Assembly (NCBI GenBank): GCA_051750265.1
Contig: JBNJJO010000013.1
Location: forward strand, 20,946-84,945
Length of the DNA stretch: 64,000 nt
Source of the DNA: Bacillota bacterium
GTDB taxonomy: Bacteria > Bacillota > Bacilli > Bacillales > Bacillaceae
Direction of reading: 5' to 3'
Shown: positions 21,023-31,189 of the stretch, in pieces
Layout: every line of letters begins with the position of its first letter
How positions within the stretch are numbered: the stretch's first letter is position 1
The notes under the pieces: generated by a model
Databases searched by the model: none
What the model was told of the DNA's origin: nothing
Seen by the model: only the letters and a program-made list of their open reading frames with translations
Made by a program: the position numbers and the translations under genes

Positions 21023-21895
21023 TTAGTCATGATCCGTTTTTTCACTTAAATCCTTTACCCATACATTCATATCCTCTAATTTATCAAAGATATAACAATT
21101 GTTTGTCAATCTGCCGTTATATTGATAGCCAAGCTGATAAAAGGCTGCATTCATACCGAAGGAGAGCGCTCGTGCGATAGAAAAGGCGCAATAAATGCCG
21201 TTGTTTCTTAGGTCATTTTCAAGATAGATAAGAAGTTTTTTCATTAATCCGTACTTCCGATGTTCTAGTAATGTGGCACAATCGGTTAGTTCTGCATGGT
21301 GAAATATTTGATTGACATCTGCAGAAGCTGCACTAACAAGTTGCTTGTCGCATTCAACCACATAAAAAATCGTTCCTTCATTGATCATTTTTTTTACATA
21401 GTCTTCGTTGTTCATCGGTGTCGGATAAATCGCAAACACCTTTCCATAAAGATCGGCAAGTTGATTTCCATCTTGTAACGTTGCTTTACGGAAGTGATAA
21501 CGATTCGGCGAATTTGTTTCTTCAGGTTTTCTTTCTTTTTCCTGAATTGTATGAATAATCGAATCTTCTTGGATCCAATATTTACTTGTTCTCCGATCGA
21601 TCTCTTTATAACAGGTCATAATATAATTATCCGTGCCATTGAAAAAACCTTTTATAATCGCTTCCAACTCAAATCCTTTTGCTAGTAGTTGCTGCCAATG
21701 CTCTGGTCGAGTGAAAAAGATCACTTTCGTAAACGAGTTTTTTTCCAAAACTCGATCAAGCTCATGAAGAATCATTGTCATATTTCCCCGGTAATTATCG
21801 ACACGAAGCCGCTCATTAAAATAATCCAGATATAGCTGGATCGTATAATCCAAGGTTTTTACGGTTTTCGTTTCGTAAGTTGGATTCACATGCAT
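21023..21895 (-). CDS. ablB: Beta-lysine N-acetyltransferase (GNAT)
   Basis: LDYFNERLRV, VFAIYPTPM, AELTDCATL, ARALSFGMN, EDMNVWVK; start may be the GTG two codons downstream. Confidence 0.9.
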   Translation of the reverse strand: MHVNPTYETKTVKTLDYTIQLYLDYFNERLRVDNYRGNMTMILHELDRVLEKNSFTKVIFFTRPEHWQQLLAKGFELEAIIKGFFNGTDNYIMTCYKEIDRRTSKYWIQEDSIIHTIQEKERKPEETNSPNRYHFRKATLQDGNQLADLYGKVFAIYPTPMNNEDYVKKMINEGTIFYVVECDKQLVSAASADVNQIFHHAELTDCATLLEHRKYGLMKKLLIYLENDLRNNGIYCAFSIARALSFGMNAAFYQLGYQYNGRLTNNCYIFDKLEDMNVWVKDLSEKTDHD

Positions 21896-21905
21896 CCTCC
21901 TTTTA

Positions 21906-23312
21906 CTATGTTTGTTCCATTTGAATATCATACTTTTTCATTTTATATTGAAGCGTTTGTCTTGGGAGCTCTAAGATGTTTGAGGCTTTGAGGACATTTC
22001 CATTTGTTACGTTTAACGCTTGTAGAATCAAGTTTTTTTCTGTTTGTTCTACGATAACTTTTAATGGTTTCACGTTTATCCTTTCTTCTTTATAAGTATA
22101 AAAAGCAGGTAAATGGTTCACTGTAATCGTATCACTGTCTGTCATATTCATCGCATATTCGATAGAATGCTCTAATTCACGAACATTCCCTGGCCATCGA
22201 TGTTTTTCAAGTTGGGCCAGCACGTTATCATCGACTTTGATGACAAGTTTATTAAAAAGATAGTTGTATTTTTTGATAAAGTGATGAACCAATAAAGAGA
22301 TGTCCCCTTTTCGTTCTCTTAATGGGGCAATTTCGATAAAAAAAACATTTAAGCGATAATATAAATCAGAACGTAATAGCTTCTTTTCGATACACTCAAA
22401 AGGATGTTCATTCATTGCAACGATGACTCTCACATCAACGACATACGAATCAGTTCCTCCAACTCTGCGAATGACCCCATCCTCGAGAACGCGTAAAAGC
22501 TTTGTTTGAAAATCTAATGGCATTGTATGGATTTCATCAAGAAACAAAGTACCTCCATGGGCAAGCTCAAACAATCCAGCTCGGTCAACTGCTCCAGTAA
22601 AGCTTCCCTTTTTTGTACCAAATAAAATACTTTCTAGTAAGGATTCTGGTAAAGACGAACAGTTTTGCGCGATAAATGGTCCATTCTTACGCGAGGATGC
22701 ATTGTGAATTGATTGGACAAGCAACTCCTTTCCTGTACCTGTTTCTCCGTAAATCATGACAGGTGAGGAACTATTTGCAGCCCTTTTGCCAAGCTCTTTT
22801 ACGTTTTTCATTGCACCACACTCCGTAATGAGATCATCCCAATTATATTTGGCTCCGGAAATGGTCGTCGGTTTCGTCTTTTGATTATTCACTTTTTCTT
22901 GAAGCTCAAGAAGTTTTTGCGATAGTTGTTTTACCTGCGATAAATCCTTTGCAATCTCAACCGCTCCAACGATTCTATCCCCTACTTTTATCGGTATGGT
23001 TGTATTCACCGTATCAATCAGTTGTCCTTTACTATTTTTATAGGTTTGGGATTGTTGGTAGATCGGTTTTCCGGTTTCGATCACTTTCAGAAGCGTGCTT
23101 GTTTGGCTCGTTAATGATGGAAATACGTCTAATACATGTTTTCCAAGTACTTCATCAATCACGACTCCATCGTGTTTAGCAGCGACCTTATTATAAAATA
23201 TCGTGATGCCTTCAGAATTGACTGCATGAATGGCTTCGTCGATACTTCCTAAAATCGCTTCAAGCATCTGCTTTGTTTCAAAAGATTCCAAAAACACCTC
23301 AGGACACCTCAA
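21906..23312 (-). CDS. Sigma54-dependent activator, PAS-AAA-HTH (KamR/RocR-like)
   Basis: PAS domain; GETGTGKE; ESILFG..KGSFTGA; LFLDEI; WPGNVRELE; Fis-type HTH. Confidence 0.93.
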   Translation of the reverse strand: MRCPEVFLESFETKQMLEAILGSIDEAIHAVNSEGITIFYNKVAAKHDGVVIDEVLGKHVLDVFPSLTSQTSTLLKVIETGKPIYQQSQTYKNSKGQLIDTVNTTIPIKVGDRIVGAVEIAKDLSQVKQLSQKLLELQEKVNNQKTKPTTISGAKYNWDDLITECGAMKNVKELGKRAANSSSPVMIYGETGTGKELLVQSIHNASSRKNGPFIAQNCSSLPESLLESILFGTKKGSFTGAVDRAGLFELAHGGTLFLDEIHTMPLDFQTKLLRVLEDGVIRRVGGTDSYVVDVRVIVAMNEHPFECIEKKLLRSDLYYRLNVFFIEIAPLRERKGDISLLVHHFIKKYNYLFNKLVIKVDDNVLAQLEKHRWPGNVRELEHSIEYAMNMTDSDTITVNHLPAFYTYKEERINVKPLKVIVEQTEKNLILQALNVTNGNVLKASNILELPRQTLQYKMKKYDIQMEQT

Positions 23313-23475
23313 TTCTTTTTATAATAAGGATTATGACTATCTGTTAAGTTATAGCTTACTAGTTTTTCTTCCTATATATATTGTTATTAATAATTTATTA
23401 CAACTATTCTTCATCCCCATCTAAGCACAAAAAAAGGCCACTAGTAAAGAGACTAGCAGCCCAAAAACGTATTTA

Positions 23476-26400
23476 TTATTCACCTTTTATACTAGCAATA
23501 ACCTCATCAACAAGATCTGTAATCTCCTGCTTGTCTTGATCTGACACCTGCTTTTTCGGCAATTGACTGACCTTCTTTTTTACGTCTTTAAGAATTTCAA
23601 TCGCACGTTCAGTGTATTGCTCCTTTGAGTTAGGGAATTCTTTAGCTAAGTTTAAATTATTTTCTGCTTTTTCAAGATGATTTTGAAGTGATGTTTTTAG
23701 TCCGTAATGTAATTCTTTTTCTAAAATTACCTTTTCAACATCACTGATTGTTGTATTTTTAATCGTAAATGTAACTGTCTTCATTTCTTCTAAGTTATGC
23801 ACCTTATCAATAGCACGGTATGATAAGGTGTATTCACCTTCAGTTGTTACAGTAAATGGCTGGTCATATTTTGTCCAGTCACCATCGTTTAGTTTATACT
23901 CGATATAGTCTAAACCAACACCAGCATCTGTTGCAGATAGAGTGACTCCTACTTCTTTCGAGTATTCACCATTGACTTTATCTGGTGCTGTTAAAGTATG
24001 TGTACTTACTGGTGCTGTGAAATCTTCAGAAATGCGTCCTTCTGCAGTATACGTAACCGTTCCTTCGATACTTTTCACAAAATCGACCGTTGCTTGTAAG
24101 TCTTCTGGTCCTTGAATAGGGTTTTCACCAAGTTCAGCAATCCGATATTTGTCACTGCTGTGAGGATACATATAATTATTTACGGTTACGGTATATGTTT
24201 TATCCGGATCAATTTTAGAACCGTCTGGTAAATACAAATCAATCACTTCACCAAATGATCCTTTCGTGCTATCCCATGTATAGCTAAACCCAGCAATACT
24301 TACATCAGGACCATAACTGCTAAATTGACTATTGATAATCGCTCGCATATCAGAACCTGTTACTTCAAGTTTAACCAAAGTGTTGCTAAATGGTTGGATA
24401 TTGAACAGTTCATTCCATGTCATATCACCCGCATTAAGATCATCGCGGATTCCTCCACCATTCATTAAGGCAAAGTCACTATTCATGGCAGCAGCCATGC
24501 CGTCTGCAATTAAGTTTCCTAATGCATTATCACCAATTAATCCTTTTTGCGTATATCCGCCATCCATTTCTGAACCCGCTACACCAACTACTTCGTTTAG
24601 CTTTGGTCCAACTTTTTCTAAATAGTTGTCTAATAGAGATTTAACTTCTGGATCAGGAGTGATGCCTGCTTGAACGACATCAACAATTTCAGCAGATTTT
24701 TTCACGATATCACCTGACAAACGATCAATTTCAAGCTCAACATCAGAAAATGCTTTTCCGTATTCCCAAGCTTGGACAATCAATTTATTGTCAACAACTG
24801 CGTTAACCTTTACATGATTATGAGCTGCAAAGATTACGTCAACTTCATCATTTACTTTTGTTGCAATGGTTGCGATTTCACCAGAAGCCGTTTGACCTGA
24901 TTGGTTACCAGGTACATGTGCCAAGATGACGATGGCTTCAACACCTTGTGCTTGAAGCTCTGGTACATATTTGTTGACCGCTACTGCTTCGTCTGTAAAA
25001 CGAATATGTTCATTTCCTTTTGAAATAATCATGTTTGGTGTATCGACTGTTGCTACACCGATAAAGCCAATTTTTTCCCCATCAACCTCTTTAATTGCAT
25101 AAGGATCTAAAACTAAATCACCTGAATCTTTATACTCAACGTTTGCTGCGACCATAGGAAAATCAATTCCATCATAATTCGGTGTCCCATTTTCATGGTT
25201 TCCACCATTGATAAGACGCATCATTTCATCGACACCTTCATCAAACTCATGGTTTCCTACAGTACCTACATCAAAACCGATGGATTCCATCATTTCAACT
25301 GTTGGTTCATCTTGTAATAGAGCCGAAACAGGTGAGCTTCCTCCAACCATATCACCAGCATGGACAATCAATGTGTTCGGATTTGTTGCTTCACGACCAC
25401 GCAAGTGTGCTGCAAGGTAATCCATGCGACCATAGTTTACTCCGTTTACAGTTCCTGTTACATCCACTTTACCGTGAAGATCATTCACACCTAATAACTG
25501 AACACTAATAGTATCATTTTCCTCATTACCAGTCCCCGCAGTATAGCCATTTGCTTCCGCTTCTTGTGCACTTGCGAAGAAAATTCTTTTTTCGACCGGT
25601 ACTTCTTCCCATTGTTCTGGAGTCACATAGCTTTTCGTATATGAATTCCCTACAAATCTAGTAAACCCTTTACCTTCTTCTCTCGCACGGAATGCAAAAG
25701 GCAATTCCATTAATGGAACAGCTGGATCCCAAATACCTAATCCTGTATCCTTTGCTTCTTTTACTGCCGCTTGGAACATATTGTAATCCGTTTCATTACC
25801 TACAGGCCAGATGAAGTAAGTAGCTGCATATCCCTTTTTCACCATTTCTAAATTTGTGTTCAAATGATCACTTTTTCGAATAACTTGAGCTAATAAACGT
25901 CCATAATCATCTGTCACTTCATCACCTAGCTTAACAATAACCTCGTCACCAGGCTTTAACATCTCATTCAAATAAGCCTTAGCTCTGTTTCCATGATCTA
26001 ATTGATTTTGATCTGCTTCATTTTGAGGAGAATGATAGGTTTCTGGTGTATCAATGTTTACATAACGAACTTTTGTCGATCCTAAAACAGGTGTTTCTAA
26101 ATGAATCGTGTCACCATCAACAACACTTTTCACTGTAGAAGAATATTCTCCAGCAGATTCCGGTGCTTCAGGCTGTGGATCTAATATTTGGATATCCCCT
26201 GCTTTACGAGGTAATACTTGGTATGAATCATACTGGCTTAATACTCCCGTAAATTCATACCATTTTCCAGCTTCTAATGCAGAAATCACATTAGTCGCTT
26301 CCATTATGCGAATCGTTGTACTGTTGAACTCTTCATCGATTACCGATACATTGTATCCGCCACCAGCAGCTGAACTTGGAACACTGTTAACGTAACCTTT

Positions 26401-27255
26401 TACTTTAACTAGTTGTCCTTCTTTTTGCTCTGCAATACTATCATAATTTAAATCTAGTAATGTCATTTCAGTCGCTTGTGGCAATTGGTTGTTTTCTGAT
26501 AAAACTTCAATCCCATTTGCGATTGGCTCAATTTCTGTTAAGCCCTTATATGATGTGATCGTACCTGTAATTTTTATTTGTTTGCCTTCAGTTAATTCTG
26601 GGAAACTAGCAGCAGACATGGCAAAAATGTTAATACCTGCTGTTTCATCTTGTATAAAGGTAGACAGTTTACCGCCGCCAATTGCAGAGTTGTCAGCTGT
26701 AACCGTACCTATAACAGTTACTTCTTTTCCCGATTTTGTACGAGCCTCTGCGATTGAAATTGGTTCACCTGGTGTTACAGGGTCTGGGTCAACTGGGTCA
26801 CTGGCGTCGACGAATTCAATAGTAGTAGGCGTTTTGATTCCTGGGTTAGAAAAATAGGTGAATAGGTTACCAGTAATTCTAACCTTTTTCCCAATTATAG
26901 TAGGGTTTGTCAAAAGCCCAAATTCTTCTCTTATAGAAGAAGGTGAATTAGGTAACTGTACTGGCATAATTTTCGACCCTTCTTTTTCTGAAGGTGAATC
27001 TGCTATTGCAAAGTTCGTATCCGCACTAAATGGTGATTCAAAGTCATATGAACCAACACCAGCAGTATATCCTACAATATAACCTTCGACAGTTGCACTC
27101 TCACCACTGTTATTACTTTTAGCAATAGCTTCTGCAACAGAAAGAGGTGCTTCTTCAGCTTTTGCTTCCGGTGTAAAATTTAATAGAATACTTGGTAAAA
27201 CTAATGCAAAAATCATGAATAATGATAGAAACCTATTTACTACTTTATGCCCCAT
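23476..27255 (-). CDS. Secreted multidomain nuclease/5'-nucleotidase, YhcR-like
   Basis: Signal peptide ending AKA; OB-fold domains; thermonuclease (VVDGDT, VRYVNIDTPE, YGRLLA); metallophosphoesterase (NDLHG, GD, GNHEFD, HNH); 5'-nucleotidase C domain; Ig-like and helical tail. Confidence 0.9.
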   Translation of the reverse strand: MGHKVVNRFLSLFMIFALVLPSILLNFTPEAKAEEAPLSVAEAIAKSNNSGESATVEGYIVGYTAGVGSYDFESPFSADTNFAIADSPSEKEGSKIMPVQLPNSPSSIREEFGLLTNPTIIGKKVRITGNLFTYFSNPGIKTPTTIEFVDASDPVDPDPVTPGEPISIAEARTKSGKEVTVIGTVTADNSAIGGGKLSTFIQDETAGINIFAMSAASFPELTEGKQIKITGTITSYKGLTEIEPIANGIEVLSENNQLPQATEMTLLDLNYDSIAEQKEGQLVKVKGYVNSVPSSAAGGGYNVSVIDEEFNSTTIRIMEATNVISALEAGKWYEFTGVLSQYDSYQVLPRKAGDIQILDPQPEAPESAGEYSSTVKSVVDGDTIHLETPVLGSTKVRYVNIDTPETYHSPQNEADQNQLDHGNRAKAYLNEMLKPGDEVIVKLGDEVTDDYGRLLAQVIRKSDHLNTNLEMVKKGYAATYFIWPVGNETDYNMFQAAVKEAKDTGLGIWDPAVPLMELPFAFRAREEGKGFTRFVGNSYTKSYVTPEQWEEVPVEKRIFFASAQEAEANGYTAGTGNEENDTISVQLLGVNDLHGKVDVTGTVNGVNYGRMDYLAAHLRGREATNPNTLIVHAGDMVGGSSPVSALLQDEPTVEMMESIGFDVGTVGNHEFDEGVDEMMRLINGGNHENGTPNYDGIDFPMVAANVEYKDSGDLVLDPYAIKEVDGEKIGFIGVATVDTPNMIISKGNEHIRFTDEAVAVNKYVPELQAQGVEAIVILAHVPGNQSGQTASGEIATIATKVNDEVDVIFAAHNHVKVNAVVDNKLIVQAWEYGKAFSDVELEIDRLSGDIVKKSAEIVDVVQAGITPDPEVKSLLDNYLEKVGPKLNEVVGVAGSEMDGGYTQKGLIGDNALGNLIADGMAAAMNSDFALMNGGGIRDDLNAGDMTWNELFNIQPFSNTLVKLEVTGSDMRAIINSQFSSYGPDVSIAGFSYTWDSTKGSFGEVIDLYLPDGSKIDPDKTYTVTVNNYMYPHSSDKYRIAELGENPIQGPEDLQATVDFVKSIEGTVTYTAEGRISEDFTAPVSTHTLTAPDKVNGEYSKEVGVTLSATDAGVGLDYIEYKLNDGDWTKYDQPFTVTTEGEYTLSYRAIDKVHNLEEMKTVTFTIKNTTISDVEKVILEKELHYGLKTSLQNHLEKAENNLNLAKEFPNSKEQYTERAIEILKDVKKKVSQLPKKQVSDQDKQEITDLVDEVIASIKGE

Positions 27256-27830
27256 TGTTCTCCTCCTAAATAGTTATTCCCACAAGTCTAAACTTACAAT
27301 AGTATTGTTTAGGCATTGTAAATAAAATGTAAAATTTAACAGAAATACATTTAAATTACAAAAAACGAGTCGAATTTACTAGACGTTGACAAATATTCGT
27401 TTTTCTTGTCGACAACACTATTTGTATTCCCTTACCCTTTTCTAAGGAGAAGATCATTAATTGAACAGGATAAGGATAACCATAGAAATTAACAATCCCG
27501 CTAATGGTTCGTTACCATAAGCAAACTTTTTACTGACAGATCTCCCCTCTTTAACCTCTTCGATTGATTCTCAACTCAAGCAATGAAATGATTGTTTTAC
27601 TAACAGTTAATGGGGTTAAATGACTTCCACTCCCTTATTTCCAGAAATTAGCCTAGTTAACAATTCATCCAAAACACCATTATAATAACCAAAAATATTA
27701 TTGATCTTTTTTCGTTTCGTTGCTTGAAACGCAATTTTAATCGCTAAGATTCCGATGTCTAGCAACGCTTTTTTATCAAATTGTTGCTTTATAGGTTTTA
27801 TTTGACCTAAAAAAACGCCATATAAACGGT

Positions 27831-27989
27831 GAGGGCACTGAAAAAGTCTATTTTTTTCAGAACAACAATATAAGTCATAAAAAAACGGACCTCTAGAATC
27901 GCTTCTAAGGCCCGTTTCTTGCTTAAGGATACCTTTAGTACCCCAAAAAACTTTAGTTTTTTGCGGAAGACCACTTTTTCAGCAGTCTC
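27831..27989. mobile_element. MITE family B (159 bp, IS1182-like ends)
   Basis: TIRs GAGGGCACTGAAAAAGT / GAGACTGCTGAAAAAGT; perfect 9-bp duplication ATAAACGGT at 27822-27830 and 27990-27998. Confidence 0.88.
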
Positions 27990-28338
27990 ATAAACGGTTG
28001 ACTGTCTTTTTCTCTTTTGTGAAGCAATGACACATCTCCCTAAATGATTCATATGGTAACAAAACAGGGCCGTCATACGTTTTTAGATCTATTATATTTT
28101 TTAAAGGAGAAGAATTGGTTTTTGGTGTGACATTTTCAGGCTTGTCTTGTGTGACATTTTCATTTTCGCGTGTATCTATGTATGGCTGAATGACGATTGC
28201 GTTTGATGTTTGTTGTTGATCACTGGTGCGTTTCATCTTGTACTGTTTGATGATTCCTAGTTGTTCAAGTTTATGACAAATGCGAATGATCGTTCTTCTG
28301 CTTTTTCCTATGAGTTCTCCAATTTTGTTTTTTGTTAA

Positions 28339-28516
28339 GGCTGTTTTCGCAAAGATTGATCGTAAATAACTATACTATACGGATATAGCCTGTCTTCGTG
28401 CTCTTTTCGCTTATTTACTAAGTGGTACTCTCTTGAAATTGCTTTTAGTTTCTACCATAAAAATCCAAAAGCCGTTTTTTAAAAGTCTAAAAGCAACAAA
28501 CTTTTAGAAAAGAGCC
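28339..28516 (+). mobile_element. MITE family A, copy 2
   Basis: Matches copy 1; perfect 8-bp duplication TTTGTTAA (28331-28338 / 28517-28524); inserted in a CDS. Confidence 0.92.
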
Positions 28517-28825
28517 TTTGTTAAAAAAGAAACTCCTAAATATTTAACATTGTATCTTCCGATTAGTTTTAAGATTGTAATCATTGTTTTGGACAGTTTA
28601 TGTATGTGGCGTATGATGTGGTTGTATACTGATTGATTTAGTTCATCAATTGTTTGGAATGTAATTAATTTCTGATAAGTTTCTGAACAAGCTATAAGTG
28701 TGATTGCTTTTTTCTTCATACATCATACCTCCTATATAATCCTTCAAAAAATATATAGGGATTTATTACTTGTTCGGTATCGTTGAATTTATATTTTTTT
28801 ATGTTTGTTTTGCAAGAACATTTAC

Positions 28826-28866
28826 GTTACTATTTAGTCACACATTAAATGTGACCAAATGGTAAC
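28826..28866. promoter_or_regulatory. Long inverted repeat, probable ArsR-family autoregulatory operator
   Basis: GTTACTATTTAGTCACA-7 nt-TGTGACCAAATGGTAAC (15/17 paired) just upstream of the ArsR gene. Confidence 0.65.
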
Positions 28867-28887
28867 TTATTTTTTCAAAACCTAAGG

Positions 28888-29703
28888 ATGAGGAACATGA
28901 TTGACGAGCAACTTACGATTGTTTTCAAAGCACTGGGTCATCCGATTAGGAGACAAATTTTAGATTATTTAAAAGATGGTCCAAGAACAACTGGAGAACT
29001 TAATGACAGCTTTCAAGATGTCACGAGATTTGCAGTGATGAAGCATTTAAATTTATTAGAAGACGCTAACTTAATTTTAATTAGAAGAGAAGGTCGTACA
29101 CGTTTAAATTTCTTAAATGTAGTGCCACTTCAACAGATGTATGATCGCTGGGTAAGTAAATATCAATCAACGATGGCCACTTCGATTTTAAATTTAAAAC
29201 AAGTAGCTGAGAGGAGAAATGAAGAAATGGAAAATACACATAGTTTAAAACATGATACGTTTCAAATTGAGCAAGAAGTGATTATTGACGCAGATCGTCA
29301 AACTGTATTTACCTCTTTAACCAAAGATATCAATCAATGGTGGGCATACCGTTTATTTGGACAAGAGTCCATATTGAGTTTGGAACCAAAAGTTGGTGGA
29401 AGTTTTCTTGAAGATGCAGGAAATGGCGAGGGCGCAATTTGGGGGACTGTTACGTATGTGAAGGCTGCAGAAGAAATCCGTTTAAATGGATTATTAGGCA
29501 TGCGTGGTGCGGTTAACAGTGCATACTCATTCAAGTTTGAGGAAAAAGGAAATTCTACTGTATTAAAACTGTCTCATTCTGCTGCAGGTCTGTTAGACCC
29601 AAATTGGAAGGACATGCATAGTCATGGATGGGAAGAATTATTGGGTACCTTTTTAAAGGATTATGTTGAAACTGGAAAGCTTCCTGAAGAGCGACAAAAA
29701 TAG
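28888..29703 (+). CDS. ArsR-family HTH regulator fused to an SRPBCC/AHSA1 ligand-binding domain
   Basis: VFKALGHPIRRQIL...AVMKHLNLLEDANLI...REGR; C-terminal SRPBCC with INQWW, TVLKLSHS, GWEELL. Confidence 0.88.
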   Translation: MRNMIDEQLTIVFKALGHPIRRQILDYLKDGPRTTGELNDSFQDVTRFAVMKHLNLLEDANLILIRREGRTRLNFLNVVPLQQMYDRWVSKYQSTMATSILNLKQVAERRNEEMENTHSLKHDTFQIEQEVIIDADRQTVFTSLTKDINQWWAYRLFGQESILSLEPKVGGSFLEDAGNGEGAIWGTVTYVKAAEEIRLNGLLGMRGAVNSAYSFKFEEKGNSTVLKLSHSAAGLLDPNWKDMHSHGWEELLGTFLKDYVETGKLPEERQK

Positions 29704-29711
29704 GTGATCAC

Positions 29712-30143
29712 ATGATTAAAGTGAATGTATCTGTAAATATAAATAAACCTCATCAAGAAATTTTCGCTTATATAGCAAACTTTGAAAACAACCCTAAATG
29801 GCAGGGTGGCATGCTTGAAGCTACCTTTACTTCAGACGGGCCTTTGCAAAAAGGATCAACGTATGAACAAGTTGCTACCTTTTTAGGAAAAAAGATTTAT
29901 ACTACTTTTGAAGTGATTCAATTTGAAAAGGATTATCTAATTAAAATCAATAGTGTGGAGAGTTCATTCCCAATTACGGTAACTCGGTTTGTGGAGCCTG
30001 CTGCTGAAGGTACGAAAGTTTCGGCTATTGTTGAAGGTGATGCGAGTAAATTTTTCAAAGTTGCACAACCATTGTTAAAATCAATGGTAAAACGATCAGT
30101 TACATCTGATTATAATAGGCTTAAGAAATTAATGGAAAGTTAG
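29712..30143 (+). CDS. SRPBCC (polyketide cyclase-like) protein
   Basis: VSVNINKPHQEIFAYIANFENNPKW ... DYNRLKKLME. Confidence 0.85.
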   Translation: MIKVNVSVNINKPHQEIFAYIANFENNPKWQGGMLEATFTSDGPLQKGSTYEQVATFLGKKIYTTFEVIQFEKDYLIKINSVESSFPITVTRFVEPAAEGTKVSAIVEGDASKFFKVAQPLLKSMVKRSVTSDYNRLKKLMES

Positions 30144-30174
30144 AAAAAGAGCATCAAAAAGTGCTCTTTTTTCT
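30142..30174. terminator. Bidirectional intrinsic terminator
   Basis: AGAAAAAGAGCA...TGCTCTTTTTTCT between convergent ORFs. Confidence 0.75.
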
Positions 30175-30216
30175 ATACCTGCTTTTCTACATACGATGTC
30201 CACAGGAAATTTCGTT

Positions 30217-30486
30217 TTAAACAGCAACCGTTGATTGTTTTTTCTTATCTTGCCTTTGTTTTCGGAAATCGAGCAGTGTCATCAGGATGACAATGATAAA
30301 ACAGATGCTTGAAAGTTGAAAAACAGTACCTAATTCAACAAATACAGAAACAGCTGCTAGAAGAATAGCACTTAAACCAATATTTATTCCACAAAAAAGC
30401 TTGTAGACCTTCTGAATATTTGACTTAGTTAACAAGTTGAAATAGGTGACTAGAAAAGCCTTTAAGAAAAACAAAAGAGCCAACAT
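30217..30486 (-). CDS. Small membrane protein, possibly a gene fragment
   Basis: Three hydrophobic segments and a basic tail; no clear RBS. Confidence 0.4.
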   Translation of the reverse strand: MLALLFFLKAFLVTYFNLLTKSNIQKVYKLFCGINIGLSAILLAAVSVFVELGTVFQLSSICFIIVILMTLLDFRKQRQDKKKQSTVAV

Positions 30487-30517
30487 TAAGTAGCTCTTTT
30501 TGTCTCACTAATATATT

Positions 30518-30760
30518 TTATTGTGGATTGTTTTGGTAGTCCATTGCAGTAGTTTGTGCCTGTTGGAGTTTTTGTTGTGCATTTTGAACGTCTAGTTGTT
30601 CTTGCTCAACTTGTTGTTGTGCTTGTTTTAGTTGGTGAATTTCCGTTTGCACCTGTTGTTGTGCTTGTAGTAATTGTTGATTTTCCATTTGTAACTGCTG
30701 GTGTGCCTTTTGTACGTCTTGTTGCGCTTTTAGTAATTTCTGCTGTTGATTTTGTTCCAT
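30518..30760 (-). CDS. Glutamine-rich coiled-coil small protein (80 aa)
   Basis: RBS GGAGG; heptad-like repeats (AQQDVQK, AQQQVQT, AQQQVEQ, AQQKLQQ). Confidence 0.75.
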   Translation of the reverse strand: MEQNQQQKLLKAQQDVQKAHQQLQMENQQLLQAQQQVQTEIHQLKQAQQQVEQEQLDVQNAQQKLQQAQTTAMDYQNNPQ

Positions 30761-31189
30761 AAAGAATTAGCCTCCAATAATTATATTCGGGTGCATAAAC
30801 TTCCCAATAATTATCGTGCTCATAATAACTTTTTCTATGCTATAACCTGATTGAACTGGATACATTAAGTGCTTTTTTATTTCCTGCATAGCTTTCTCCC
30901 AAAAGTTCTTTATTTATTCTTTTATCGCTGTAATTTTTCATATTTCTGCTTAAATACTTAGGTCACATTCTAGCCTTAAGGGGGAGAACTTTTTCGTTAA
31001 GGAAAATGGGCATGGATTGTTTTCCATTTTATTGTTATCACTACCATTTTTTAGCTGGTTTTAACGAAGTATAATAAAATGAATTCTTGATTTTATAAAA
31101 TATAGGAAAAAAACATTTACAACGGGTAGGAACGACATGGAAAGTGGAGTAAAAAGAAAACACATGGGTGAAAATTCATCCATGTGTTT

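Larger units (their letters stand above)
27616..28719 (-). pseudogene. HTH-domain (replication-initiator-like) protein gene interrupted by two MITEs
   Basis: Removing each MITE plus one target-duplication copy restores a continuous 249-aa ORF: ...GVSFLTKNKIGELIGKSRRTIIRICHKLEQLGII...KTVNRLYGVFLGQ...KINNIFGYYNGVLDELL...*. Confidence 0.88.

Noticed and set aside
27807-28076. 89-aa ORF, and likewise ORFs 14391-14627 and 43603-43812
   Set aside because: They are read through MITE or repeat sequence and have no protein-like features.
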